Source: Octopus sinensis (lineage: Eukaryota). From it: DNA of 64,000 bases. The stretch lies in NCBI RefSeq assembly GCF_006345805.1, contig NC_042998.1, positions 198,834,001 through 198,898,000 of the forward strand. The letters are read 5' to 3'. Under the pieces are notes generated by a model, which saw only the letters and a list, made by a program, of their open reading frames with translations, did no database searches and was not told the origin of the DNA. The position numbers and the translations under genes were made by a program. Position 1 is the stretch's first letter; every line of letters starts with the position of its first letter. Below, one piece after another: positions 13,098 through 26,125 of this stretch.

Positions 13098-13678
13098 CAA
13101 TGATAATCTCGATAGCCAAACAAATGGTTATTTATTGGACATGTATCCCGGCGTAACATACATTATTAAAAAAAAGAGCAACAACAACAACAACAACAAC
13201 AATACTATCAACGACTGTAACAAAAACAACAAAAAAAAACGAGAAAAGGCAACACAAAAACAAGGCAGCAGCAAAATGGCAACTGAAAGAACAACAACAA
13301 CGTGGTCTCAAGAATCGTTTGATGGCTGATGCTGTGGTTGCATGGATACAAGAGAAGTATCCAGGCTAAAGTGGTGATAAAGTAGGTTTACAGAGTGAAT
13401 TATAGAGCGGCCACTTATGGTATTGAGCTAAACTAATACACGCGCGCGCACACACGTACGCACACATATACACATACACACACACACATGCACGCACACA
13501 CATATATATATATATACGCGGCGGCGCACACACACACGTATGTATGCATGTATATGCATGTACGTATGTATTTAATACTACCTTTCAAATCAAAGACTAT
13601 CATCACTGCCCATCACCGCCACTATCGCCACCACCACCACCACCACAACAAATGCAATTTATCATTAGCATTAACAGT

Positions 13679-13721
<43 letters not shown>

Positions 13722-13765
13722 CATCATCATCATTCTCCTCCTCATCATCATCTTCATCAATCATC

Positions 13766-14551
13766 TATTTCTTTACTACCCACAAGGGGCTAAACATAGA
13801 GGGGACAAACAAGGACAGACAGACGGATTAAGTAGATTATATCGACCCCAGTGCGTAACTGGTACTTAATTTATCGACCCCGAAAGGATGAAAGGCAAAG
13901 TCGACCTAGGCGGAATTTGAACTCAGAACGTAAAGACAGCCGAAATACCTATTTCTTTATTACCCACAAGGGGCTAAACACAGAGGGGACAAACAAGGAC
14001 AGACATAGGTATTAAGTAGATTTCATCGACCCCAGTGCGTAACTGGTACTTAATTTATCGACCCCGAAAGGATGAAAGGCAAAGTCGACATTGGCGGAAT
14101 TTGAACTCAGAACGTAAAGACAGCCGAAATACCTATTTCTTTATTACCCACAAGGGGCTAAACACAGAGGGGACAAACAAGGACAGTCATAGGTATTAAG
14201 TCGATTACATCGACCCCAGTGCGTAACTGGTACTTAATTTATCGACCCCCGAAAGGATGAAAGGCAAAGTCGGCCTCGGCGGAATTTGAACTCAGAACGT
14301 ATAGACAGCCGAAATACCTATTTCTTTATTACCCACAAGGGGCTAAACACAGAGGGGACAAACAAGGACAGACAGACGGATTAAGTAGATTACATCGACC
14401 CCAGTGCGTAACTGGTATTTAATTTATCGACCCCGAAAGGATGAAAGGCAAAGTCGGCCTCGGCGGAATTTGAACTCAGAACGTAAAGACAGACGAAATA
14501 CCGCTATGCATTTCGCCCGGCGTGCTAACGTTTCTACCAGCTCGCCACCTT
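13766..14551 (-). mobile_element. SINE family B tetramer (one head, four ~184-bp bodies)
   Basis: Units start near 13766, 13950, 14134 and 14319; 18-bp TSD TCATCTTCATCAATCATC at 13748-13765 and 14557-14574. Confidence 0.92.
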
Positions 14552-15202
14552 AATTTTCATCTTCATCAATCATCGTCATGATCCCTAGCATCGCACCACC
14601 ATCGCACCATCTCAAGCAATATTGTTGCCATTAGTGACACCGCCACCCTCACCACCACCACCACCAACAACAACAACGCTAGTATGCGCACCACCACTGC
14701 GAAGAACCCACCCAATACAATCAGCAAAAACGATTACAACAACCATGACCACCACCACCAGCATTACCATCACCGCCACTTCCACACCATCACCAACAAC
14801 AACAACATATCGATCAACCATACCAGTTGCTTGACCTGCTAAAAACTGCAGCTAAATCTTCCTTAAGTCGCGCACTTGTTTTTAGAAGGACATTTGGATA
14901 ATGTAGTCCACAGTACAATGTGTCTGGAAAAAGATGGAATGCTCAGGCAAGAGCTCCCTTCTCCATAGGTCTACTCAACCAGGGATGACTAGGGTTAAAT
15001 AATATCAACGCCACAATCGTTGTGATCATTGGCTGTGTATTGATAAGCCTGTATGAATGCATCTTTAGACGTATACATGCTTAGCCTTTATGAATACATC
15101 TTTATACACACACATATATATTAACACACACACACACACACACAACTAAACAGACGTATATGAAATCATGCACAGATACATGCATGCTGGTATTTGTTGA
15201 TA

Positions 15203-15274
15203 ATCTGTCTGTCTGTCTGTCTCTCCCTCTATCTATCTATCTATCTGTCTGTCTGTCTGTCAGTCTATCTATCA

Positions 15275-15311
<37 letters not shown>

Positions 15312-15328
15312 CCTGTCTGTCTATCTAC

Positions 15329-15363
<35 letters not shown>

Positions 15364-15367
15364 TCTA

Positions 15368-15402
<35 letters not shown>

Positions 15403-15464
15403 GTCTGCCTATCTATCTATCTATCTATCTATCTATTTATCTATCTGTCTGTCTGTCTGTCTGC

Positions 15465-15512
<48 letters not shown>

Positions 15513-15525
15513 TCTATCTATCTAT
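15203..15525. repeat. (CTAT)n/(CTGT)n tetranucleotide microsatellite
   Basis: Direct reading. Confidence 0.95.
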
Positions 15526-15876
15526 TTAAGATGCTTCAGATAACCCAAGTCTGTGGTTGAAACTATATACTAACACCCATTCGGATTAGGATGACTCATG
15601 ACTCTGTTTTGTTTTGAGATCAGATTTCCTGGATAATGATTCAGCACTGGACCTTTGATATGAGCCAATGACAGCTGAAACTAAGATTAACGAAGTCTTT
15701 ACCTGAATTTTGCTTCCTCCTTGACTTTTCACTTTCATTATATTTTTCTTACAGTTTATACCTCTTTTTTTTTTAACTTTGTCCCTTTTTTTTTTTTGGC
15801 ATTCTTCAGTGGTTTTCCTACCTTCCCTTTCACTTTTCCCACGTCTTATTCTCACCTATTCACAATTCACAACAGT

Positions 15877-16176
15877 GGAGGCACATGGCCAAGTGGTTAG
15901 AGCAGCGGACTCGCGGTCGAGGGATCGCGGGTTCGAATCTCAGACCAGGCGATGTGTGTTTATGAGCGAAGCACCTAAGCTCCACGCGGCTCCGGCAGAA
16001 GGTAATGGCGAACCTCTGCTGACTCTTTCGCCACAACTTTCTCTCACTCTTTCCTCCTGCATCTTGCAGGTCACCTGCGACAGACCGGCGTACCGTACAG
16101 GTGGGGAACCTATACGCCAAGGAAACCGGGAAACCGGCCCTTATGAGCCAGGCATGGCTCGAGAAGGAACAAACAA
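15877..16176 (+). mobile_element. SINE family C (tRNA-Arg-like head, OR-type)
   Basis: GGAGGCACATGGCCAAGTGGTTAGAGCAGCGGACTCGCGG...GGTTCGAATC (A and B boxes); AAC tail; TSD-like ATTCACAAC on both sides. Confidence 0.88.
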
Positions 16177-17044
16177 CATTCACAACCAGTCACCATCCTC
16201 CCACATACAATCTACACCACACTACCATCCTATAACACTTGCACACATCCACACAGGCCAAGAAACTACCTGTACTCTACATCTCACACACAACCTCCCC
16301 TATTCTGATTTCCACACACGGGTACTTTCCTATACGTGTACATACCACCCCGCTTCCTCCTCTCTTCCGAACCCCTCCCTATAGAATGCATTCCCACCTA
16401 GTCTCTAAATATTTTTTTCTGTTTGTTTTCACCACCAACTTTCATTTTTGTTCCCGTTGCCTTTCCTTTCTTCCCTTTTTTCTGATGAAGGGCCAGCGTA
16501 ACAATTGAGACCCCCTTCAGTTCATTTACGGAATTTCTAAGAATACCTTACCTTTTTTTAAAATTTGTCTTTCTTGTTGTTGCCCCCTATCCTCTCTCTG
16601 TCTCTCTCTCTCTCTTTCTCTCTCTTCTCACCCACACACTCTCACTAAAACGAGAAGATTTTGCAAATATATACCACCTGGAACACATTATATATATGGA
16701 GAGTGGGGGAAAAAACTAATTACAAATTAAAAAGTAATCCGTGTTTTTTAAATATTCTTTTAGCTCTCTTATTTGTTTGATTTCTATGAGATTCATATAT
16801 TTATATAATGAATAGAAAACACACTCCATCAAATAGTAAACAGTTTTACCTACAGTCATATGAGGATTTTGGAAACTCCCATAACAATTCAATTGTCAGT
16901 CATCCTGTTACAAATGACTGCAACACTCTCACAAATCACACTCAGGCTACACGGAACGATGCCATTCTTGAACTGGGAAACACGACAGTGTAAAGTTTAA
17001 CTTCGCTCTTCCACTGAAGGCCTCAGCGAAGGCACCCAGCCTTC

Positions 17045-17172
17045 TACGGGGTGTCCACAAAGTCTGGGTACATAGGCATTAACACATACTTCAAGAAATG
17101 ATTTCTTATATTTAATTCTTTATGTTATGATTTTATTTACTCCATGTACCCAGACTTTGTGGACACCCTGTA
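17045..17172. mobile_element. Tc1/mariner-derived MITE
   Basis: ~27-bp TIRs C(G/A)GGGTGTCCACAAAGTCTGGGTACAT with TA on both sides. Confidence 0.92.
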
Positions 17173-17225
17173 GATATCCCAGTTAGACTATCTTCAAAAC
17201 GTCATAGAAATCAGGTAAAGACACA

Positions 17226-17325
17226 NNNNNNNNNNNNNNNNNNNNNNNNNNNNNNNNNNNNNNNNNNNNNNNNNNNNNNNNNNNNNNNNNNNNNNNNNNN
17301 NNNNNNNNNNNNNNNNNNNNNNNNN
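17226..17325. other. Assembly gap (100 N)
   Basis: Run of N. Confidence 1.
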
Positions 17326-17825
17326 ATACTTAAATGATAAACTTCTGGAAAGTGTTATAGATTTTTACATTCCAGTAATGGCTTGGATTTGTAGTCTTCG
17401 AATCAGCTCTCACCTTTATGGTTTTGAGAAGCCTAATTTCTCAACATTGATATTTAAGCAGTGTGTTACCCTATAATTACAGGTATAATCCGAACTTGTA
17501 ATCTGGATGGAGTAGTTGCAGATTCCTAAATAGTTCAGCGTAGGTATTTTCCGTTTCGTTGTTTTATTCTTTATAACAAGCAACTTAGGCTCTAACACAG
17601 AGGGGACAATACAAGGACAGACACAACACCATAGTGGGGACAAAAACATAAAACGGTTGACATGAAATATATAAAATTAATGATAATGAAATGGCTGCAT
17701 TGAGCCCCACTCCCAAGCAGTGCCATTTTAAATGTTCAAAGAAGATTAAAAACTGTATGAAAGAATATTTAATATTCTTTTTCCACTTTTTTTTTCTATT
17801 AGCATCATATTTTTATTCTATCATT

Positions 17826-19500
17826 TTAACTTTTACTTACTTTTTTTGAAGTCATTAAAGGTTCTAATTCTTTGTATTCCACAACTGGTGGCAGTTCATC
17901 AAATTCTACTTCTGCACCCAGTGGGCCAGTTTCGTTTCCAAACAAATCCCTCAGCTTGTTATATCTCTCCTTGTTCGTTAAAACTCCTTTAACGCTTTCA
18001 GTGTATCTTTCCACTGGCAACTTCACCTTTATAATTGTCTTATATTTCGCTATGCTTCTTTCGACAGCCGTACCTTTAGCATACGTTACCATATGCCACC
18101 CAAACCTCTTCTGTTTTCTCGCTTGTTCGTTCTTGTCACGCACCTATACCGTCCCGGAAAGTCTGTTCTACTGTTGGTGTTTCTCTTCCACTTTCTCTCT
18201 GGAGAATATCTCCAAGGTCTGTATCTCTGTTGGTGTATCTCTTGCACATCTTCGCTGGAAAATTCTCTAATGCATGTATCCACCTCCGTTTCCTCTATCT
18301 TTTGTTGGTGAAGCTGGAGTACTTATATTCAACCAGAACTCTTTTGTGTCCATCTCCACCTCCTTTGTTCTTTTCTGACTCTCCGGCGGAGAGCTCACGC
18401 GTTCCTTCCTCTTCCTTCTGTTTACCACAGTAAAAGCTTCTTCTTCTTCTTCTTCTTCCTCACCTTCTCGTGCCGCCACTTCGGTATTTTGTTCTTGTTC
18501 CACAGTCTGCTGTTTCTGCTGCTTCTCATCTTCATTTCCCTTCTGGGGTCACCTTGCCTTCGAGTGCCCCTTCTCTCCACATTGGTAGCATTTTGGAGGT
18601 CTATCCCCCCCCCCACCACTCTAAGTCTAACATCATCTGGCATTATTATCGCCTCTGTCATTTCCTGTAAGTTCCTTAGACTCACTTGTATGGCCATTTC
18701 AAGACCATCACCCCATCGGTTCATCTTATTGGTTCTTGTAACATTTAGTATCTTCGCTTCTTCTACCATATTATGCATTACTGCTGCTATCAGCCATGTC
18801 TCTTTAATTTCTGGGGGTATTCTTATTACTTTACTACCCACAAAGAGCTTAACACAGAGAGGACAAACAAGGACAGACATAGGTATTAAGTCGATTACAT
18901 CGACCCCAGTGCATAACTGGTACTTATTTAATCGACTCCGTAAGGATGAAAGGCTAAGTCGATGTCGGTGGAATTTGAACGTAGCGGCAGACGAAATATA
19001 GCTAAGCATTTCGCCCGGCGTGCTAACGTTTCTGCCAGCTCGCCGCCTGGCCTTATCCTTACCCTGGCCAGGCGTTTGCCACAGTAAGTCGGCAGAAGCA
19101 CCACCTCTTGTGTCCTTATGGCCACAGTGGAGTGGTTTATCGCGTCTTCTTCATTCGCGAACCTCACCTCCGCTGTGCCAGACTTTCTACCTTTCGTGTA
19201 AAAAGTTCTAGAAATTTTAATTTCTTTTAAACATTCTTCTATCGCTTTAATAATACAATTTATATCCTTTTGGATGGCACCGACAGCGTTCTATACACCA
19301 CTCTTCTTTTTAGAACATTATTCCTTAGCTCTTCCGGTGGGGGTTAGCCTCACACTGGCCCCTTCTCTTTCGATTAACTTTTTACATTCCTTCCACTTTT
19401 TTGGATCCGCCTTCACTTCTCGAACCTCCAAAGCGTCGGTGCCTATACCCTTGCCGGTGATTGCCGCATAACTTCCGTCCTTTTCTAGTATTGATTTCAT
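17826..19500 (-). pseudogene. Decayed gag-like ORF1 of a non-LTR retrotransposon (zinc knuckle), split by a SINE
   Basis: CYQCGEKGHSKAR*P near 18545-18590 (CX2CX4HX4C remnant); several frameshifted ORF pieces. Confidence 0.65.
18826..19046 (-). mobile_element. SINE family B monomer
   Basis: Family motifs and head ...GCTAACGTTTCTGCCAGCTCGCCGCC. Confidence 0.88.
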
Positions 19501-19517
19501 CCCTCCTCTCTTCTCCA

Positions 19518-19915
19518 TTTATTTGCCACGAAGGAGCTTTCCTTACCATCGTTTTATCATAATCCATTGCGATTCCAGTTTTAGTTTGGATTTCAGTTGT
19601 TTTACTACTTTTGCAGTTTTTTTCTTTTTCTTCGTAGTTCTTGGGTACAATGACTTCCTTTTTGTATTTGTCAGCTTCCTTAAAGACTGAAAACAGTTTT
19701 TTGCTTTGTTCGTGTTTTGTGGTTATTTGTATTAGTTTTCCTTGCTTCAGATATAGGTATCTCTGTAATTCTATGGTGGTTATCTTGTAATAGTTTTCTA
19801 GCTGCATAAAGCCTCTACCACCTTCGATACGTTGTATATATAACCTTTTTATGTCAGATTTTGGGTGGCGCATCCTAAATCCTGTCATTTTTCGTTTCCC
19901 TGTATTTTTGATTAG
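19518..19915 (-). pseudogene. R4/Dong-like LINE fragment (post-RT region)
   Basis: HPKSDIKRLYIQRIEGGRGFMQLE matches the HPKxDxxRLYLPRKEGGRGL motif. Confidence 0.8.
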
Positions 19916-20041
19916 TTCAGTTTGACTAATTGACTATTATCCTTATCATCATTAAAAAAAGAATTAATTATTAAAAAAAAGAATTATTAAAAAAAAGAAT
20001 TAATTATTATAAAAAAAAGAATTACTTATTATTATTATTAT

Positions 20042-20118
<77 letters not shown>

Positions 20119-20412
20119 AGAGGAGGAGCAGGAGGAGCAGGAGGAACCGGCAGAATCGTTAGCACGCTGGACGAAATGTTTAGTGGCATTTCGTACAATT
20201 TACATTTTTGAGTTCAAAATCCGTCGGAGTCGACTTTGACTTTTATTCTTTTGGGGGTCGAAAAATTAAATACCAGTTAATCCCTGGGGGGGGGGGGGTA
20301 TGTGATTTATACTCTCCTCCAAACGTGCTGGTTTTGTGCCAAAAAACTGAAAGTATTGTTACTGTTGTCTTTGTTGTTGATTTTGTTAATGTCGTTGTTA
20401 TTAATGTTGTAA

Positions 20413-21060
20413 GTAGAAGTTTCTTGACTTCTTACTCCGAATATCACGTTTCCGAATATTTAAACGATCAAACAACATATGGGAATCAAGGAGACACAAA
20501 AAAATAATCAAAGCTATTTGTAATCACTTCAAGATTTGATTAACTGTCAGAAGCTGTTAAAATGTGATACATATTCATTGACACAATTGTCACATGCAGA
20601 AACACGTGGCAGATTCATCTGTTTACAAGTTAAAGTGAGTGATATATCTATATCTGCAGAAGTGTGTGTGTGTGTGTGTGTGTTGTGTGTGTGTGTGTGT
20701 GTGTGTGTAGCATACAATTACAACGAAAATGTTTATTTTTAATGTACTTTCAGTGTTGGTGAGTGAATATGTTTTTGTTTTAATTGTTTTCCCTGTTCGA
20801 TTTAGCTTTCAAGGCATTGAAAATCCACTAAGCGGAAAATACATTTATTTACCCAGTTGATATTTGAAAATCCATCAATCCATCAATAAGACCCAACAGA
20901 AGTGTCTGAAAGGATTCAAGAATTCCAACATTCTGCTCAGTACTGAAGTCGTAGGAGGCAATGGTCACGTTTTCTGAAGCCATCGATGTTGTACATAGAA
21001 TGGCACGTGTTCTATTATAATCTTTTAAATATTAGATATATTTGGTTTGTGTTGTGGTTA
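20413..21060. repeat. Ancient locally repeated segment, copy 1 (others at ~23708-23940 and ~26970-27290 plus 28335-28620)
   Basis: Shared GATTTGATTA(A/G)CTGT, GACACAAT..TCACATGCA, AG-TGTTG-GTGAGT and GTGTCTGAAAG.ATTCA.GAATTCCAA blocks. Confidence 0.75.
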
Positions 21061-21097
21061 AGCGTCCAGATATATGTATATATATATATATATATAT

Positions 21098-21305
21098 AAA
21101 CCAGCAGCACGGACATTGTCAGTGAACAGGTCGCGGATTTTAGCGACGAAAATATTTTGACAAATTAAACTTAAATGTTGAAGTGAATCGAACGGCTTTT
21201 GTGTGTTTCTTAAATGGCTTATAAACACCTTCCACGCTGCAATTGTTTTCGTTTCAGCACACGATCTCACATCAAATTACTTGCTATGCGAGTACATCTC
21301 CGTAA
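21098..21305. repeat. Unclassified interspersed repeat inserted in (TA)n
   Basis: Discrete block bounded by TA tracts that truncates the preceding segment. Confidence 0.4.
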
Positions 21306-21377
21306 TATATATATATATAAATTATTTTAAAATTATTATTTTTATATTTTAAAATATTGATATTTTAGATTGGAAGT

Positions 21378-21420
21378 CCGCCTGAAGATTGTCGATCAAG
21401 ACAAGAAACAATTGTAGTGG
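21378..21420 (+). ncRNA. Minimal type I hammerhead ribozyme
   Basis: ccgc-CTGAAGA-TTGTC-gatcaa-GACAA-GAAAC-AATT-GTA-gtgg. Confidence 0.8.
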
Positions 21421-21514
21421 CGGTTTTTTTTACTATTTATTAAATTTTATGTATTGATTAAGTCTTTCCTTGTTTGTTTTGCAAAATAGTGGTTTTGTCT
21501 CTAATAATATTTTA

Positions 21515-21555
<41 letters not shown>

Positions 21556-21569
21556 TATTGCGAAAGATC

Positions 21570-22200
21570 ATTTCTTAAAATAGTTTTCAATTAATTCTGT
21601 TCAGTATTTTGCTTCAGTATCATTTGCAGAGGTGATCCGAACTCAATAAAGTAATTGGTTAGGAAGACACTCCCTATTCTGAGGCCAAATATTAATTAAG
21701 GTTGTTAAAATTACATAGGCGAGAAGACTTTTGCGTGTTCGTACTGCAAAATCCTCATTTTATACCTGCACTAGGACGAACAAGATTTTGTGGTCTTTTA
21801 AATGGACTGTTATTGAACTGTTATATTGAAAGCTATAAGATGGTTAGAAATTTATTGAGAAGTTTCCTATACAACTTCTTCCATTTCCTTTTCTCTCGTC
21901 TTTCTTACTCTTTTTATTTGTACTCTTGTTTTCCACACAAGTATCTGTCCTGACTATATAAGATGGCCTCCCTTGAAACAGCAAAGGTTAATGAAACATC
22001 CCAAGATATTTCTGCAAACAATAAACAAGTTTCACAGCTGATTAGCCGTTCCTCTCCTTTGTGTCTGCTTAGAGACAGTCTCTCAATATCGCTCTTGAAG
22101 TAGAATGCTAGGTGCATTATGAACAGTTTTCTTGATTTTTGGTCTAACTTCTACAATATCTGTTTCCTTTTATTGATAATAACTTTACTAAGCTACAATT
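21570..22200 (-). pseudogene. R4/Dong-like LINE fragment
   Basis: MHLAFYFKSDIERLSLSRHKGEERLISCETC resembles the same R4 motif. Confidence 0.65.
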
Positions 22201-22212
22201 ATGCAATGTCTC

Positions 22213-22261
<49 letters not shown>

Positions 22262-22276
22262 GTTATTATTATTATT

Positions 22277-22812
22277 GAATGAGAGAGCAGAGCATGCCGT
22301 CAAAGTGATACTGGGGTACAAATATATGAAGCCCAATACACCCATCGTGAGTACCTGTCTGATAAGGGTATACCAGGCACATGCACCACAACCATATGTG
22401 CGCGACATGGTGGCCTCATACCAAGATAAACAGCGCATGACCTGTTAGAATTTTTTTCGGGTCAAGTAGCCCATCCCGCTAAAAAGGCCCCTGAATGAGG
22501 GTTGTTTAAGGGTGATGAACGAAATACCCATATTTCCAGAGGTAAATTATTCAAAATCCAAATAATTCCTCTCAAGATTTGCTATGATGTTCCCCTAATA
22601 CTCCTGTTCATAATCAGAGATGCACGTATCATCAGCCACCAAGGGATATGCTCAACTGGTTAAGGTTAAGCAGCTGGCCAGAAAATCTGTAGCATGATCA
22701 GAATACTTGATGTAATTCATCTTTTACACCAAGACAAAGTATGTACACATTGACACTTCCAATGAGTTAAGATCAGAAGCTATGAGAGTTACTGCATGGT
22801 ACTGCATCGGGG
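22277..22812 (-). repeat. Unclassified interspersed repeat (probable retroposon) within (TTA)n
   Basis: Discrete block bounded by TTA repeats on both sides. Confidence 0.5.
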
Positions 22813-23149
22813 TTATTATTATTATTACTTTTATGTTTGTATTTGTCCAAGTTGACTCCAAGTCTCACCCAGAGATCTCCAGTGACAAGTTTGAAGCTCA
22901 ATTTGGTGTTGTGACTAGGGTGCCATATATTTGGTTTTGAACAGAGTATTGTTCCAGAGAATTGTGCCAGAAAAAAAAATGTAAATTAGAAATTTGTTTT
23001 AAAAGTAATTTGATTATAAGATGATAGTCAGATATTAAAATGACAGTAAAATATGTTTGCTATTATGTACATGTAAAAGTACTTTTGACACTGTTTACAG
23101 ATTAAAATATTATTATTCTTACTATTGTTATTATTATTATTATTATTAA

Positions 23150-23305
23150 GTGAAGAAGTGGCTGTGTAGTAAAAATTTTCTTTATCAACTACATGGTTCC
23201 AGTTCTCACAGCATGGCACTTTGGGCAATTATTTTCTACTATAAACTCGGGTCGACCAAAACCTTGTGAATGAATTTGGTAGACAGAAACTGAAAGAAGC
23301 CCGTC

Positions 23306-23340
<35 letters not shown>

Positions 23341-23680
23341 TATATATATATATATATTATATATATATATATGTGTGTGTGTATGTGTGTATGTATGTAT
23401 GTATGTATGTATGTATGTATGTATGTATGTATGTGTGTGTGTGAGAGACAGACAGACAGACAGAGAGAGTTTATGTCAGTGTTTTTCTCCCAGCACCGCT
23501 TGACAACCGGCGTCGGAGCATCCCCGTTCCCGTAAACTGTCGGTTCAGCAAAAGATACCGATAGAAGTACCAGGCTTAAAAACGATAAGTACCGGGGTCG
23601 ATTTGTTCGACTAAAATTCTTCAAGATGGTGCTCCAGCATGGCCGCAGTCTAAATGACCGAAACAAGTAAATGATAAAGG
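23150..23680 (+). mobile_element. SINE family A with expanded internal microsatellite
   Basis: Family head and tail motifs. Confidence 0.85.
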
Positions 23681-23944
23681 ACTATTATCATTATTGTTAT
23701 TACTCTAAGTAGAAGTCTCTTTACGTTTTTACCCACCAAGTTTCCGATTATTCAAATATTTTTAAAGATAAATAAATGGTGGTGCTCCAGCATGGCCGCA
23801 GTCAAATGACTGAAACGAGTAAAAGAGTGAAAGGGTAAATTCATAAAATGGGAGCGGGGCAGGGTCACAGAAATAGGTAAAAACATTTGTAAACACATCA
23901 AAATACGATTAGTCATGGAGATTTGATTAGCTGTAAATTAAATT

Positions 23945-24440
23945 AAAGCAAACAGAAAAAAGTACCGTTCGCGGAAACTGAAACCGTAAATGAAGAGTTG
24001 GACGGACTGGAAAAGAGTAGAGTCATCAAAAAGGTAGATTACACGAACTGGGCGGCCCCCACGGTATGTATTTTTTTTTAAATAAGAAGATTAGGCAGTG
24101 TGTTGATTTTTCTACAGGATTGAACGACTGCTTCAAAACATTCCACCAACCACTCCCGACTGCAGAGGACATTTTTTCAAAGTTAAATGATGGAAAAAAT
24201 TTTCTGAAGTCTATTTAAAGATAAAAGTAAATGAAAAAGGCTCGAAGTATTTGACCAAGAGATAGGTAATGAAATGCATTTCAAAACCTACAAAAACGGT
24301 AAAGAAGGTCGGGAAGATGGCCTTGTTAGCAGGAAAATTGGAAGAATGATGTATTTAATTAAAAGGTCATAGAGTGAACATAAGAGAAATATAAACCAAC
24401 TAAGGAAGAGGCATGTCCAAGATCAGGGAGATATTCCCAT
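23945..24440 (+). pseudogene. Ty3/Gypsy reverse transcriptase fragment
   Basis: EELDGLEKSRVIKKVDYTNWAAPTV...IRQCVDFSTGLND...PLPTAEDIFSKLN. Confidence 0.85.
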
Positions 24441-24452
24441 GGAAGTATACTG

Positions 24453-24489
<37 letters not shown>

Positions 24490-24491
<2 letters not shown>

Positions 24492-25205
24492 TAATCCTTT
24501 GGAACACGAAATCTCAAAAGGAGGGATTTTGTGCGAGAGTACGACGACCCCTGGCTAGATATTTCTTTGTTAACCTATAAAAGTTTTACATAGAGGGGAC
24601 ATTACAAGGACAGACAAGGGACATTCAGGGTACAAACTCGCTTCTTACATACAGTGTGAAAAACCGGATGGATTTACATATATTGTGAATAAGGGTAAAA
24701 AATATAAATACAAATGATGATCGGATGAGTTTTGGGTCCGGGTTAGTGAATTAACCCGCCGGTTGGTTATCCCTTTTTGGTCATTTTTTTTCCTTCCTTT
24801 TATGCCCCGACCGACCATGCAAGCCCAGCCTCGTGCAGTCTCATCTTTCTAACCACTGTCGTCCATCTTTTTCCAAACGCTCTTTGTGGCAGGCTCCTCC
24901 TCTCCAGACGGATCTTGCTGGACCGATGGGCGGCGAAGTAATTCACCAGCCCACGTCCGGAGATGAATTGACCTGTCGCAATTCCTTTTGCTCGCGCCTT
25001 CCATACCACATCTTTCAGTATGGTTACTATGCAGAGAAAAGTTACCTTCTTTTCTTTGGCGAAAGAGGAAGGTGGTACAATCTTTATCATGGACTCGGAC
25101 GAGAGTCGTACTCTTTCCGCATCCAACAACAGCTGTTCGGCAAAGGCCATCAACTGCCTCAACTCGACCCCTGGCGAGAATGGACTGGACCACTACATAT
25201 AAAGA
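24490..25205 (-). mobile_element. 3' end of an L1/Tx1-like LINE
   Basis: ORF2 C-terminus-like ...ILKDVVWKARAKG...RLERRSLPQRAFGKRW followed by a UTR ending at a TA tract. Confidence 0.6.
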
Positions 25206-25849
25206 GTAGCGGAATGTGGTTGGTTGCGCATCCATTCACTATCTCATAATTATATTTTTTATTCACTACAGGTAATCTCATCCATGTCACCGAACCCCTA
25301 TTTGTCCCGTGTATTGTCTCCTCTTTGTTTAACCCTTGTGGTTTTAATAGAATCATTGTGCTAGTTCTACAGTTCCTGTCTTGACAGTTCAAATTTGGAG
25401 TTCAAAGTTCGCAGTTCAAGTTACCGTGTTAGATTGTTGATGCTTAAAAAATAGTTGTTACGTTACGTGTGGTTACTGCCGTTTGTTTCGATTATATTGT
25501 TATTGCACTGTTGCAGTGAATTCGTTTATCCATAAGGATATAACAGAAATAGGTGGCGAGATTTTATGCCTGGTGTTGCGTTCCCTTTACTCCCTCTCTA
25601 CCACTCTCCTTCTGTTGAAAACTCTTTTCTCTCTCTCTCTCTTAGAGTTTCTATTTAATGTCCCTTGGGCACCAACAACAACAGCTACAACGCACATCTT
25701 CTAGAATGATCCCAGTATGGTTATCTCCCTCTTCAAATCGTTCATATATGACCTACATTTTTTCTCTTTTCGATTCACTGTCGTCAACAGGTTATGTAAT
25801 ATCTATAACAAACAGGATGTTTTTCATCTTATTTATAACCACCATATTC

Positions 25850-26050
25850 AGATGCTGGGCTTGGCGGTATTTCGCCTGTCGCTACGATGTGAGTTCAAAT
25901 TCTGTTGAGACTGACTTTGCCTTTCATCCTTTCGGGGTCGATGAATTAAGTACCAGTAAAAACACTGGGGTCGATGTAATCGATTAGTCCCCTTCCCAAC
26001 AATTTTACACCTTGTGTTTGTAGTAGAAAGGATTATTATTATTATTATTA

Positions 26051-26125
<75 letters not shown>

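Noticed and set aside
11936-13159. 300-380-aa ORFs in several frames (poly-M/S/I/H)
   Set aside because: Translations of the (GAT)n microsatellite, with no coding complexity.
13766-14551. CRISPR-like regular array
   Set aside because: Units are wholly repeated SINE bodies with no unique spacers, no cas genes and a eukaryotic context.
15877-15950. tRNA-Arg gene (also 39823, 53641)
   Set aside because: No proper acceptor stem, and it continues into a SINE body with a tail and TSD.
22760-22812. Faint resemblance to U2 snRNA words (TAAGATCA, TGGTACTGCA)
   Set aside because: Matches are too short; branch-pairing region and Sm site are absent.
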